Position numbers and translations under genes: made by a program
Part shown: positions 36,128 to 47,615 of the stretch, one piece after another
Position numbering within the stretch: position 1 is the first letter of the stretch
How the letters are laid out: every line of letters begins with the position of its first letter
Notes under the pieces: generated by a model
The model's database searches: none
What the model saw: the letters and a program-made list of their open reading frames with translations, nothing else
What the model was told of the DNA's origin: nothing
Assembly: GCA_011321845.1 (NCBI GenBank)
Contig: DROQ01000211.1
Location: 21,911 to 85,910, forward strand
DNA length: 64,000 nt
Direction of reading: 5' to 3'
From: Planctomycetota bacterium
GTDB lineage: Bacteria; Planctomycetota; UBA1135; GCA-002748355

Positions 36128-37375
36128 ATGAATCACCCCAGCCCGGAAGTGGTCCTGAATGATGACCGCCACCTTGGTCCCCTGGGTCCGAAGATCCTTC
36201 GGATCGCGGGAGGACTTGGGATCGTCCTGTTGATCCTTGGGCTCGTCCTTGGGATTACGGGAAGCGGAGGCGGCATGAGTCGTTTCCTTTTCGCCTATAC
36301 CGCAGGGTTTGCCTTCATCCTGAGTATCGCTCTGGGGGCGATGTTCTTTGTGTTGGTCAACCATCTGACTCGGGCGGGTTGGTGTGCCACAACCAGGCGC
36401 ATCGCTGAGATCACGATGGGGACCATGCCGTTTTTGGCCATTTTGTTTCTTCCGATCTTGATCAGCGTTTTGATGGGCTACGGAGGATTGTTCTCCTGGG
36501 CCGACCATGAGATCGCCTCCAAGGACCATTTGATCCACCTCAAGGCCGGCTATCTCAACCCGGTATTCTTCACGATCCGTTGGGTGATCTACTTTGCGGT
36601 CTGGATGCAGATCTCAAGGTATTATTTGGGAGGGTCCGTGCGCCAGGATGATTCGGGTGATCCCGAGATTACCTCCAGGATGCAGAAATGGAGCGCTGCC
36701 TCCATCCTACTTTTCGCCCTTACGCTGACCTTCGCCTCCTTTGACCTCCTGATGTCCCTGGCGCCGCACTGGTTCAGCTCGATCTTCGGTGTCTACTTTT
36801 TCGCTGGATCGGTGATTGCCTTCCAGGCCTTTGGGATCCTGGTCCTAGTTCTCCTCCAACGGAAAGGGAAACTAAAGAAATCGGTGAGCATCGAACACTT
36901 TCATGACTGGGGAAAGCTTCTTTTCGCCTTCGTGTTTTTCTGGGCCTATATCGCCTATTCCCAGTTCATGTTGATCTGGTACGGGAATATCCCCGAGGAA
37001 ACGGGTTGGTTCCACACTCGGATTACGGGTTCCTGGGGTGGGGTCGCCTTGATCCTGGTCTTTGCCCATTTCGTGATTCCTTTTGCGGGTTTGATGTCCC
37101 GCCATGCGAAACGGAACCTGGCTTCCCTCTCCTTCTGGGCGATGTGGATGCTCATCATGCATTGCATCGACATCTATTGGATTGTGATGCCCAACCAGGG
37201 CGGTCACGGACACGGGGAGGCCCCGGGAGTTCATTTCCAGGCATTGGATATTCTCGCGATTGTGGGACTCTTCAGCCTTTTCGTAGCGGGAGCCGCTTAT
37301 ATCGGACGCCACTGTTCCCTCGTGGCGGTCAAGGAGCCGAGATTGGCCGAATCCCTCGCTTTTGAAAACGCTTAG
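36128..37375 (+). CDS. actF: Alternative complex III subunit ActF (second NrfD-like membrane subunit)
   Basis: Polytopic membrane protein, 415 aa, in canonical position after actD/E. Confidence 0.75.
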   Translation: MNHPSPEVVLNDDRHLGPLGPKILRIAGGLGIVLLILGLVLGITGSGGGMSRFLFAYTAGFAFILSIALGAMFFVLVNHLTRAGWCATTRRIAEITMGTMPFLAILFLPILISVLMGYGGLFSWADHEIASKDHLIHLKAGYLNPVFFTIRWVIYFAVWMQISRYYLGGSVRQDDSGDPEITSRMQKWSAASILLFALTLTFASFDLLMSLAPHWFSSIFGVYFFAGSVIAFQAFGILVLVLLQRKGKLKKSVSIEHFHDWGKLLFAFVFFWAYIAYSQFMLIWYGNIPEETGWFHTRITGSWGGVALILVFAHFVIPFAGLMSRHAKRNLASLSFWAMWMLIMHCIDIYWIVMPNQGGHGHGEAPGVHFQALDILAIVGLFSLFVAGAAYIGRHCSLVAVKEPRLAESLAFENA

Positions 37376-37410
37376 ATTTGAACTGGTGTGATGAGAAACG
37401 CAGTAATTCT

Positions 37411-37554
37411 AAACCTGTCAAAACCTGTCAAAACCTGTCAAAACCTGAATGATTTCTGAACCTGAAAGACTTCCGAAACTGAAGGCTTTCCGAGACTGAA
37501 AGATTCCAAAACGGACTGAAAGATTCCAAGACGGACTGAAAGATTCCAAAACGG
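37411..37554. repeat. Two sets of short direct repeats in the actF-cox gap
   Basis: AAACCTGTCA x3 (37411-37440, 4th partial) then five units of ACTGAAAGATTCCAARACGG (last three 20-nt copies 37495-37554 nearly identical). Confidence 0.95.
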
Positions 37555-37570
37555 AAGGGGCCTAAAAGCC

Positions 37571-37864
37571 ATGGCGTTATTACATTTCGAACAGGACCGC
37601 CCGAATGTTGGGGCCATCGTTTCCATCACGCTGATCGGAACGCTGGTCCTATATCTCTTCATCCTCGTTGCGGATGTCCTCTACCATGTGACCTCCAGCC
37701 AAAGGGCGGAGACGATGGGGGGAGGAATGCTGGAAAGGGCGCAAAGCTTCTATGCAAAGCAAGAGGAGGCTTTCAGCGACTACCGGTACATCGATAAGGA
37801 GAAAGGCAAGGTTGCGCTTCCGATTCGACGGGCCATGCAGCTCGTTTTGGAGGAGGAGAAATGA
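37571..37864 (+). CDS. Small single-TM protein of unknown function inside ACIII-cox cluster
   Basis: ATG 37571 after GGAAGGGG; TM IVSITLIGTLVLYLFILVADVLY; stop overlaps SCO1 start (ATGA). Confidence 0.6.
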   Translation: MALLHFEQDRPNVGAIVSITLIGTLVLYLFILVADVLYHVTSSQRAETMGGGMLERAQSFYAKQEEAFSDYRYIDKEKGKVALPIRRAMQLVLEEEK

Positions 37865-38736
37865 AAGAGATGTCAAGGACACCGCTCCTCCATCTCTGGT
37901 CCATCGGGCTCTCTCTCCTTCTTTTGGGAGGACGGGGCCATAGCCAAAAAAACGTGCTCCCCAAGGAATTGGAGGGGATTGGGGTGGATCAGAAACTCGG
38001 TGTTCAGATTCCAACCCAGCTTATGTTCCGGGACTCTTCCGGAAGAAAGGTCTCTTTAAAGGCTTTCTTCGACGGAAAACGACCGGTCTTTTTGACCTTC
38101 AACTACACGGATTGTCCCCAGCTCTGCAGCTTGCAGCTCAATTCCTTGAACGAGGCTTTGAAGAGCTTGGATTGGACTCCTGGCAAGGAGTTCAGGATCC
38201 TAACTGTGAGCATGGATCCCACGGAAACCCCGGAAAAGGCGGCGGGAACCAAGGCGCTCTATCTTCATGCCCTCGCCGAGAAGAAGGGTGGTGAAAAGGA
38301 CCTTCGGAATGGATGGGAATTCCTTACAGGTGAGGACAAGAATATTCGCGCCCTCGCCGATGCGGTTGGGTTTCATTATCGATTTCTCCCCGATCGCAAA
38401 GAGTACGCGCACAAAGCCGCGCTGATCACCCTCTCACCGGAGGGAAAAGTGCTGCGTTATCTTTCCAACATCAACTACAGCCCGAGAGATTTGAAATTCG
38501 CCTTGCTTGAAGCAGGGGAGGGGAAGGTTGGGTCGGCCGTCGACAATTTCTTTCTTTCCTGCTTCGACTATGACCCCAGGCGGGGAGGGTACGTCCTCGC
38601 CGCGGTCCGGATCATGAAGGTCGGTGGAGTCTTGACGCTGCTCCTCCTCGGATTGTTCTGGTTCTCAATGGCCCGAATGAAAAAGAAAAAAGCTCTGTTA
38701 CTCGAAGGCCAAGGCCACGAGGAAGGGGATCTCTGA
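37861..38736 (+). CDS. SCO1/SenC copper chaperone for oxidase assembly
   Basis: Thioredoxin-fold motif FNYTDCPQLCS and downstream conserved H (YAHKAALITLSPEG). Confidence 0.88.
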   Translation: MKEMSRTPLLHLWSIGLSLLLLGGRGHSQKNVLPKELEGIGVDQKLGVQIPTQLMFRDSSGRKVSLKAFFDGKRPVFLTFNYTDCPQLCSLQLNSLNEALKSLDWTPGKEFRILTVSMDPTETPEKAAGTKALYLHALAEKKGGEKDLRNGWEFLTGEDKNIRALADAVGFHYRFLPDRKEYAHKAALITLSPEGKVLRYLSNINYSPRDLKFALLEAGEGKVGSAVDNFFLSCFDYDPRRGGYVLAAVRIMKVGGVLTLLLLGLFWFSMARMKKKKALLLEGQGHEEGDL

Positions 38737-38743
38737 AACGAAC

Positions 38744-39721
38744 ATGTTGCACGCACTAACTTCGATCTTCGCCCAGCAGGGCTCCGGAGGCTACAAGTGG
38801 ATGCCTGAGAGGGCTTCTTCCTATGCTTCCGAGGTGGACTGGGCTTTCAACTTTGTCTATTGGCTGTCAGTCTTCTTCTTCGCGCTGATCGTCATCCTGA
38901 CCGTGGTCTTCGCCATCAAATATCGGAGGCGGCCCGGGGTGGAGCCGGACAACAGTATTACCCACAACACGAAACTAGAGGTCTTCTGGTCGGTTGTTCC
39001 TCTAGGCCTCGTGGTGGTCATCTTCTGGATCGGCTTCTCGGGGTTTGTCGATATGCGGACCTTTCCCAAGGATGCCATGGTGGTGAAGGTGCACGCCAAG
39101 ATGTGGAGTTGGACCTTTGAATATCCCAATGGGGTCGAATCCACCGTTCTCCATGTGCCTTTGGGTAAGAAGGTGAAGTTGCGGATGGATTCCGAAGACG
39201 TCCTCCACAGTTTTTGGGTCCCCGCCTTCCGGGTGAAACAAGACGTGGTTCCCGGACGTTATACCTATCTATGGTTTGAAGCGATCAAGACCGGGACTTT
39301 CCCCGTCCTGTGCACCGAATACTGCGGCGCAGGTCACTCCAACATGCTCACCACCGTAGAGGTCCAGGAGCCTGCTGCCTTCGAGGCCTGGCTCGAGGAA
39401 GAAGGAAGCGGAAAAAACCTTTCTCCTGTCGAGCGGGGGAAGAAGGTGTTCAATCTCAAGGGCTGCGCAGGTTGCCATACAACCTCCAAGGACAAGAAGA
39501 AGCTGGTGGGGCCACCTCTTTACGGGGTCTTTGGGCATGATGTTCCCCTGCTCAATGGAAAGAAGGTCCTGGCTGACGAGAATTATCTGCGGGAATCCAT
39601 CCTGGATCCCAACGCCAAGATCGTGAAGGGCTTCACCTCTCCTTCCCTGATGTCGGTGATTCCATTGAAAGACAAAGAACTCGATGCCTTGATTGAGTAC
39701 TTAAAGAGCCTCAAGGATTGA
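38744..39721 (+). CDS. coxB: Cytochrome c oxidase subunit II with fused cytochrome c (caa3-type)
   Basis: CuA site CTEYCGAGHSNM; C-terminal haem c motif CAGCHT. Confidence 0.93.
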   Translation: MLHALTSIFAQQGSGGYKWMPERASSYASEVDWAFNFVYWLSVFFFALIVILTVVFAIKYRRRPGVEPDNSITHNTKLEVFWSVVPLGLVVVIFWIGFSGFVDMRTFPKDAMVVKVHAKMWSWTFEYPNGVESTVLHVPLGKKVKLRMDSEDVLHSFWVPAFRVKQDVVPGRYTYLWFEAIKTGTFPVLCTEYCGAGHSNMLTTVEVQEPAAFEAWLEEEGSGKNLSPVERGKKVFNLKGCAGCHTTSKDKKKLVGPPLYGVFGHDVPLLNGKKVLADENYLRESILDPNAKIVKGFTSPSLMSVIPLKDKELDALIEYLKSLKD

Positions 39722-39733
39722 GGGAGAAATAGA

Positions 39734-41457
<1,724 letters not shown>

Positions 41458-41461
<4 letters not shown>

Positions 41462-42177
41462 GTCAAGCGATCGATACCATTCATGGGGCTGTGGATCACC
41501 ATCCCCATGACTCCCAGGTTGCCCATCATTTTGAGAACGCCGAACAGCAGTTTGAATCGGCGAAATTGGGGATGTGGGTTTTTCTCGTTACCGAGATCCT
41601 CTTCTTCAGTGGTCTTTTCTGTGTCTATGCGGTCTATCGTTCGCTTCATCCCGAGGTGTTCCTTTACGCGCATCAATGGCTTGATAAGGGGCTGGGGGCG
41701 ATCAACACCATCGTGTTGATCGTGAGCTCCTTTACGATGGCCTGGGCCGTCCGGAATGCTCAGCTGGGCCAGAAAAAAGCCTTGATGATCAACTTGACTT
41801 TGACTCTCCTTTGTGCGGCAACCTTTATGGGGATCAAAGCCGAGGAGTACTCCCAAAAATACGAGCATGGAACAACCTGGGGAGCCTCCTTTCAGCCCCA
41901 TCCCGATGCCTTTGGGGAGGTTCATGGAGGAGAGATCAAAAAGGAGGATATGCCGAGGAATACGCAAATCTTCTTCAGCATCTACTTTGCTCTGACCGGC
42001 CTTCACGGATTCCACGTTTTAGTCGGGATGGGTTTGATTCTTTGGCTATTGATTCGGGCCGCGAAGGGCCAATTCGGTCCCCAGTATTTCACACCGGTGG
42101 ATATTGTGGGACTCTATTGGCACCTGGTGGATTTGATATGGATCTTTCTTTTCCCCTTGCTCTATCTCATCCATTGA
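41458..42177 (+). CDS. coxC: Cytochrome c oxidase subunit III
   Basis: ATGA-coupled to coxA; [32 protein letters not shown] and [17 protein letters not shown]. Confidence 0.92.
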
Positions 42178-42260
42178 CGTGGCTAGGTTGGAGCGAAGCC
42201 GGCTGCCAGGCGGGTTGGAAGAAGAGCTTTGTCTTGGAAAGCTTGAACAAGAAAAACTGA

Positions 42261-42677
42261 ATGTTGGGAGATGGTGAGATGAGCGGACAAGCTAAGGTGC
42301 AAGAGCAAGGACATGGTGGGGATCACGGCTTCGCCCATCCCGTCCCGTTGAAGATCCTCGTTGGAGTTGCCGCCGCTTTGATCCTTTTGACGATCCTGAC
42401 CGTGGTCGCCTCCGACTTTGATTTCGGGGCTTTTGACATTTGGATTGCGATGGGAATCGCCTTGGTGAAGGGAAGTCTTGTGGCTCTTTTCTTCATGCAT
42501 CTCTTCTGGGACAAGCGCTTTAACGGCTTTGTCTTCATCGCTTCTCTTTTCTTTGTCGCCATTTTTATTGGCTTTGTTCTCTTGGACACCCACACCTACG
42601 AATCTTCGGTGAAACAATGGGTCCAAGATCACCCTCAAAGCGGGCACGCCCTTCCTGGTGGTGGGGAACATAAATAG
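42261..42677 (+). CDS. Cytochrome c oxidase subunit IV (bacterial caa3 type)
   Basis: Three TM, HPVPLKILVGVAAALILLTILTV and LVALFFMHLFWD typical of small subunit IV; alternative ATG 42279. Confidence 0.75.
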   Translation: MLGDGEMSGQAKVQEQGHGGDHGFAHPVPLKILVGVAAALILLTILTVVASDFDFGAFDIWIAMGIALVKGSLVALFFMHLFWDKRFNGFVFIASLFFVAIFIGFVLLDTHTYESSVKQWVQDHPQSGHALPGGGEHK

Positions 42678-42744
42678 AAAATCCTCGGCCGGCTCTCTCC
42701 GGCAGATAAGAAATGGGGGTAAAGGCTTTTGCGAGGATCCCTTG

Positions 42745-44070
42745 ATGGATCCTTGCATGAGGGTCGAGGTCAACTTTTCCTGGTTGCTTCGCATGAGGTG
42801 GCTGGCCGCCCTTGGACAAGGGGTCACCGTTGCCGTCGCCTGGATTCTTCTCAAGGATACGGTTCCCGTCATCCCTCTCTTCGCTCTGGTCGGAGTTGTG
42901 GTCGCGACCAATCTGGGCCTCTCGGGACTTCTGAAGAGGGCACGCCTGGACCCCCAGAAAGCCGACAAATTCTGTCGAGTGGGAGAAGGGCTCATGGGCT
43001 TTGTCCTCTTCATGGACCTGGTTCTCCTTACCGGAATGCTTTGTCTCTCAGGAGGAGCCGCCAACCCATTCTCGGTATTTTTCCTGGTCAATATGGTTCT
43101 GGGCACCCTCCTTCTCCATGGAGCATGGCCCTGGGTTCTGGCAACGGCCGCGATCGTATTCTTTTGGATCATTCTTTTCTTCCATAGTTCATGGGTCGAT
43201 TTCCTTCCCAAAGGGCCGGTGTTTCCCGATTTCCCCCATGGCCCCACCTGGTTTGGTTTGGGCTTTGCCTTGGCCATGGCCTACGCGGGCCTGATTCTCG
43301 TTTTTTTCATGACCAAGATCGGTGGCGAACTGAGCAGGAATCGGAGACAGTTGGAGCGGGTCCGCAAGGAAAAAGAACAGGCTGACCGTTTTAAGGCCCT
43401 TTCCACTCTGGCCGCGGGAGCAGCCCATGAGCTTGCTTCACCCCTGTCGACGATTGCCGTGATTGCCAAGGATTTGGAGTTGGCGTTGAGCGGCGAAGGT
43501 GAGGGATTTCATCCAATGGAGGATGTGCATCTGATTCGGACGGAGGTGCAGCGTTGCCGGGGGATCCTGGACCAGATGTCCGTCAACGCAGGCAAGCATG
43601 TCGGGGAGGGTCTTGTCGAAGTCGGGCCTCGGGAACTGGCGGAATATGTCACGCCCCATTCTCCCTTTCAGGAGCGGGTGCGGGTGTCGATTGCCCCGGA
43701 AGCGAAGGATGCCCTCGTAAGGATTCCCAGGGAGGCGGTTTCCCAGACCCTTCGGAGTCTGGCCAAGAACGCCCTGGACGCGAGCAAGGAAGACCAGGAC
43801 ATTCAAATGGACTTTGCCTTGGAAAATGAGTCTTTGGTGATAAAAATTGTCGACCAGGGGACGGGGATCTCCCCGGAGAACTTCCCCAAGATCTTCGATC
43901 CCTTTTTCTCCACCAAAGAACCTGGAGCGGGCATGGGTTTAGGGCTCTATCTCTGCCGAACTGTGATCGAGGATATGGGGGGCAGCCTCAGGATTTCCTC
44001 GGAATGGGGGAAAGGGACTGTGGCTTGTATCCGACTCCCCCTTGTTTCAGAGGGGCAAGAAAGGGGTTGA
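42745..44070 (+). CDS. regB: RegB/PrrB-type redox-sensing histidine kinase
   Basis: Membrane N-terminus with quinone-site heptapeptide GGAANPF (GGXXNPF), H-box AAHELASPLSTI, redox-box cysteine in VQRCRG, G-box GAGMGLGL; start ATG 42745 or 42757. Confidence 0.8.
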   Translation: MDPCMRVEVNFSWLLRMRWLAALGQGVTVAVAWILLKDTVPVIPLFALVGVVVATNLGLSGLLKRARLDPQKADKFCRVGEGLMGFVLFMDLVLLTGMLCLSGGAANPFSVFFLVNMVLGTLLLHGAWPWVLATAAIVFFWIILFFHSSWVDFLPKGPVFPDFPHGPTWFGLGFALAMAYAGLILVFFMTKIGGELSRNRRQLERVRKEKEQADRFKALSTLAAGAAHELASPLSTIAVIAKDLELALSGEGEGFHPMEDVHLIRTEVQRCRGILDQMSVNAGKHVGEGLVEVGPRELAEYVTPHSPFQERVRVSIAPEAKDALVRIPREAVSQTLRSLAKNALDASKEDQDIQMDFALENESLVIKIVDQGTGISPENFPKIFDPFFSTKEPGAGMGLGLYLCRTVIEDMGGSLRISSEWGKGTVACIRLPLVSEGQERG

Positions 44071-44175
44071 ATTGCATGGTTCTCGGATCTTTCTCCGGCG
44101 AAATCTGAGTTTAGACGCTATGGTTCCCTGGCAAGAAACCGGTCTCAATCCAACCCCAATGGGGTGGGAGTAAGT

Positions 44176-44766
44176 ATGAATCATCCAAATGGTGGTCAAG
44201 CGGGTGGAACGCCTGGCCACGCGGACGAAAGTAGGCACAGCATTCTCCTGGTTGATGATGACCGGGTTTTTCGGGAACGGCTTCGCCTGACCTTTGAGAG
44301 GCGGGGATTCGATGTTCGCGACGCCTCCAATGCGGAAGAGGCCATCCAGTCCGCGCTCAAGGACTCACCCGAGTACGCGGTGGTGGACCTCAGGATGCCC
44401 GGAAAGAGCGGCTTGCACCTGGTGAAAGAGCTGCACCAGATTGACGAAACAACAAAAATCATTGTTCTGACTGGTTACGGGAGTATTGCCACAGCAGTGG
44501 ACGCGGTTCGCCTGGGAGCCGTGAACTACCTGCAAAAACCAGCCGATATCGATGATATTCTCGCGGCCTTTGCCAAGGGAACCGGTGAGGTCTTGGATCC
44601 CAAGACCCCGACCTACCAGGCGCCGACCCTCGCCCGGGCCGAATGGGAGCATATCAACCGGGTCCTCTCCGACTGCGGAGGCAATATCTCCGAGGCTTCG
44701 CGCAGGCTGGGGATCCATCGGCGCTCGCTCCAAAGAAAGCTGCAAAAGTACGCGCCCAAAAAATAG
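44176..44766 (+). CDS. regA: RegA/PrrA/ActR-type response regulator (receiver plus Fis-type HTH)
   Basis: LLVDDD..VVDLRMPG receiver; C-terminal GNISEASRRLGIHRRSLQRKLQK matches the conserved RegA HTH; ATG 44176 with GGGAG RBS. Confidence 0.85.
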   Translation: MNHPNGGQAGGTPGHADESRHSILLVDDDRVFRERLRLTFERRGFDVRDASNAEEAIQSALKDSPEYAVVDLRMPGKSGLHLVKELHQIDETTKIIVLTGYGSIATAVDAVRLGAVNYLQKPADIDDILAAFAKGTGEVLDPKTPTYQAPTLARAEWEHINRVLSDCGGNISEASRRLGIHRRSLQRKLQKYAPKK

Positions 44767-44815
44767 CGGGCTCAACCGATCCGGCCGCTGCATCCGCCGG
44801 GCAAAATCGGGCAGA

Positions 44816-46732
44816 CTAGGATCCCGCTTGCCTGCCCCCGTAGTGGATTTCTTCCAGTTTGCGGGTGCCTGCTTCGAGGCGCAGCCGCTTTTCCGGAGGG
44901 AGGCGACAGCGGCGTAGCAACTCACCCGGGGTTTCGTGGGGTTTGCGTTGGATTTTCAATCGCCGGAGGAGGCGGTTGTACTCCCGAAAGGCCCGGGGAA
45001 GGTTCCTTCCTCTTCGCTGGAGAAGGAGGGCGACGGTGCCCAGGCTCATGGCCAGGCCCATCAGACTGAGCCAGAAGGAGGGGGAGCTGAGGAGAGCCCT
45101 CTGTTGCTTTCGGTCGAAGCCGAGCAGGGACCGCCAAAGTTCGGAGAGGAAGCCTGTCTTTCCAAGCTCCGCTGCTTCGGGGTTGGAAAGGGTGGGGGCT
45201 GAGGCGGCCGGGGTCGCGTCGAAGACGACCCAACCCCGCTTGGGATCGGGGACCTCCACCCAAGCGTGGGCGTCCTTTTGCCGGATCGTTCCACGGTTTC
45301 TGAGGCTGTCCCATTCCCGAAGGAGAAAACCGGTGGCCACCCGGGCGGGGATGTGGAACTCTCTCAGGCAGAGGGCCAGGGCGGTGGCGAAGAACTCGCA
45401 ATGAGCCCCTTTGCCGGCGAAGAGGTCTTGGAGGTTCCGGGCGGCTCCCTTTTCACCAGGGAGGAGATAGGGGGCGAGGGCGGAAATCTTCTCCGCGAGG
45501 ATCCGGGCAATTCTTAGCTTGGACATCCCAGGGCGGAGGGTGGCCCTCACCTTGTCGAGGAAGGCCCTACCTCCCTGGGGGAGCTGATCCATGGGGGGAA
45601 TGAGAAGGGTGGAACGAAGGAAGCTGGGGACTCTCCCTGGGCTCTGAGGTCTCCCAAGGCGAAGGAAATAGGAAAAGCTCTCTTCGTTCACCGGGATCCA
45701 GGGACGCGTAAAGGTTCCATCTTGATGCCCTTGGATGGCCTGGTTTCGTGTCTCGATCTGGATGCTTTCCTCGGGGAGGAAGAGCTGTTGCATGCCGGGA
45801 AGCGAGGTCTTTACCTCCAACACGCAATTCTCCTCGGCTCTTGCTTTGCGCTCCCAGCTGAGGGAGGAGTTCTGGTGCCAGTAGGGGGGGAGTTTGTTCT
45901 TTCCCGGGTGGGTGGTCCTCGGATCCTTCTCCCAACGACCCGAGTGGAAGAGGGAGAGGGTGGAGCCCCGCCAATAGCGGGGGGGGAAGGGGAGCTTGCC
46001 CTTGATCACTCGAAGCTCGAGAACGGGTTTGTTGGAGAGCCTGGTGGGACCTTTTTGGCCTAGCTCGATACGGTCCGAAAACCCGACCTGTTGTCCGAGG
46101 TTTTGCGCCTGCAAAAATTGGCTCGCCCAGCCCTCCCGTTGGAAGTCACGAGGGAGCAGGCCGAAGCCGAGGAAACTGAAGGCAAGAGCGAAGATCGAGA
46201 TACGGAGGGCCCGACTCGCCTCGGGTTGGGTCCCCGGAGCGTCCGGGTCCAGTCCGGCTTGTTCGATGGAGCGGAGCTGGAAGGCGAAAAAGAGTCCCGG
46301 CACATAGGCGAGAAAGAGAAGAATGTAGCTCGAGTCGGGCGAAAAGAAGGCGGTCACAAGGGCGATGAGGAAGCCGTTGAAGAAAAACAGATCGGGGTTT
46401 TGGCGGCGTCCCAGGTTGTTGAGGAGGTGAACCTGGCAAAAGGCGGCGAGGATGAGTCCATCCTCGAGCAGGTAGCGAACCCCTGTCTCTTTGGCGTCCA
46501 GGGCCAGGAGGGCGAAGAGGGCGAGGACTCCTGCGTTCCAGAGGATCTTCCAGGAAGGCCGTTCGATCCAGCTCTGGAAGAGGGGAGAGGCCAGAGTGAG
46601 GGCGAAAAAGGGGAGGATCCATTGCCAACCGACGACCCCTGTGATCTGGACGAAGGCAGTGCTGCAAAGGGTCAAATAGAGGCAGATTTTGCGGAGCCTA
46701 TTCCCCATGGGACCCTCCCAGGGGTTTCGCAT
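44816..46732 (-). CDS. Transglutaminase-like membrane protein (TgpA/DUF3488-like)
   Basis: N-terminal polytopic region; core HCEFFATALALCLREFHIPARVATGF..DAHAWVEV (Cys-His-Asp). Confidence 0.85.
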   Translation of the reverse strand: MRNPWEGPMGNRLRKICLYLTLCSTAFVQITGVVGWQWILPFFALTLASPLFQSWIERPSWKILWNAGVLALFALLALDAKETGVRYLLEDGLILAAFCQVHLLNNLGRRQNPDLFFFNGFLIALVTAFFSPDSSYILLFLAYVPGLFFAFQLRSIEQAGLDPDAPGTQPEASRALRISIFALAFSFLGFGLLPRDFQREGWASQFLQAQNLGQQVGFSDRIELGQKGPTRLSNKPVLELRVIKGKLPFPPRYWRGSTLSLFHSGRWEKDPRTTHPGKNKLPPYWHQNSSLSWERKARAEENCVLEVKTSLPGMQQLFLPEESIQIETRNQAIQGHQDGTFTRPWIPVNEESFSYFLRLGRPQSPGRVPSFLRSTLLIPPMDQLPQGGRAFLDKVRATLRPGMSKLRIARILAEKISALAPYLLPGEKGAARNLQDLFAGKGAHCEFFATALALCLREFHIPARVATGFLLREWDSLRNRGTIRQKDAHAWVEVPDPKRGWVVFDATPAASAPTLSNPEAAELGKTGFLSELWRSLLGFDRKQQRALLSSPSFWLSLMGLAMSLGTVALLLQRRGRNLPRAFREYNRLLRRLKIQRKPHETPGELLRRCRLPPEKRLRLEAGTRKLEEIHYGGRQAGS

Positions 46733-47615
46733 GCACGAGGAAGGAGTCGAGGTCCTTCCAGCTCTTGGCCTGCTTTCCGAATCGAATCTCTCCGTCCTGG
46801 CAGAGCAGGGTCAGCTCTCCTCCAGCCCTTCGTTGCTTTTGCCCTAAAAAAGCAAGGGCCTCCAGCTGCCGCTCAAAGGCCTCGCCCTGCTGGTTCTCAT
46901 CCAGCACGAACATTTCCTCCTTTTGAAGAGGAGGCTCGAGTTCCTCCCGGAGCACAAGGACGCCTCTTTGCGCCGATTTTTTCCAGTAGACCCTGGTCGG
47001 ATCGTCCCCTGGCCGAAACTCACGGACACCGGCCATTTCCTCTCCCTGTGGGCTCAGGAGGGATTCCTTTTCATTTTCCCCTGCCTGCCGGCTGTCTCTC
47101 GGTTTGGTCCTGTGTTCATGGGGGAGGGGTTTGGGGAGGATCCACAGGGAGAGCTCTTGGACAAAGGTTTTATGCGCCCGAAAGAGGCCGAGCGGGTAGC
47201 TCGTCCTCAGCCGAAACCGGCTCATCGCCAGGACCCCGCGGGCCTGGGCGGGGAGGCTCGCATGGGACCTGGCCAAGGATTCCCCCCCCCTCCCCAGGGA
47301 GGCGAGCCGTTTTTTTCCACGAGGTGTTCCTGGGATGTCCAAACCCCAGAGGTCGATGGCCCGGGCCTTGTTGCTTGCCTTCCATTGCAGGTCGAGGCGG
47401 AGCGGTTCGCCGGCAAAGCCCCAGACCTCCGAAGGGAAACGAACTTCGACTCCAGCGAGGAACCTCCAGGGAAGTAAGAGGCCTAGGAGCAGAAGGAGGG
47501 ACTGAAAGAGGATGAGGAAGAAGAAAAGGTTGGTGTAGGGCGTTGCCGTGTAGGCGAACCAGCATAGCCCGTAAAAACCCATCGCTTTGATTCCCAGAGA
47601 AGTGGGGATCATCAT
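46698..47615 (-). CDS. DUF58 domain protein
   Basis: VREFRPGDDPTRVYWKKSAQRG signature; two N-terminal TM; overlaps both neighbours. Confidence 0.85.
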   Translation of the reverse strand: MMIPTSLGIKAMGFYGLCWFAYTATPYTNLFFFLILFQSLLLLLGLLLPWRFLAGVEVRFPSEVWGFAGEPLRLDLQWKASNKARAIDLWGLDIPGTPRGKKRLASLGRGGESLARSHASLPAQARGVLAMSRFRLRTSYPLGLFRAHKTFVQELSLWILPKPLPHEHRTKPRDSRQAGENEKESLLSPQGEEMAGVREFRPGDDPTRVYWKKSAQRGVLVLREELEPPLQKEEMFVLDENQQGEAFERQLEALAFLGQKQRRAGGELTLLCQDGEIRFGKQAKSWKDLDSFLVHAKPLGGSHGE

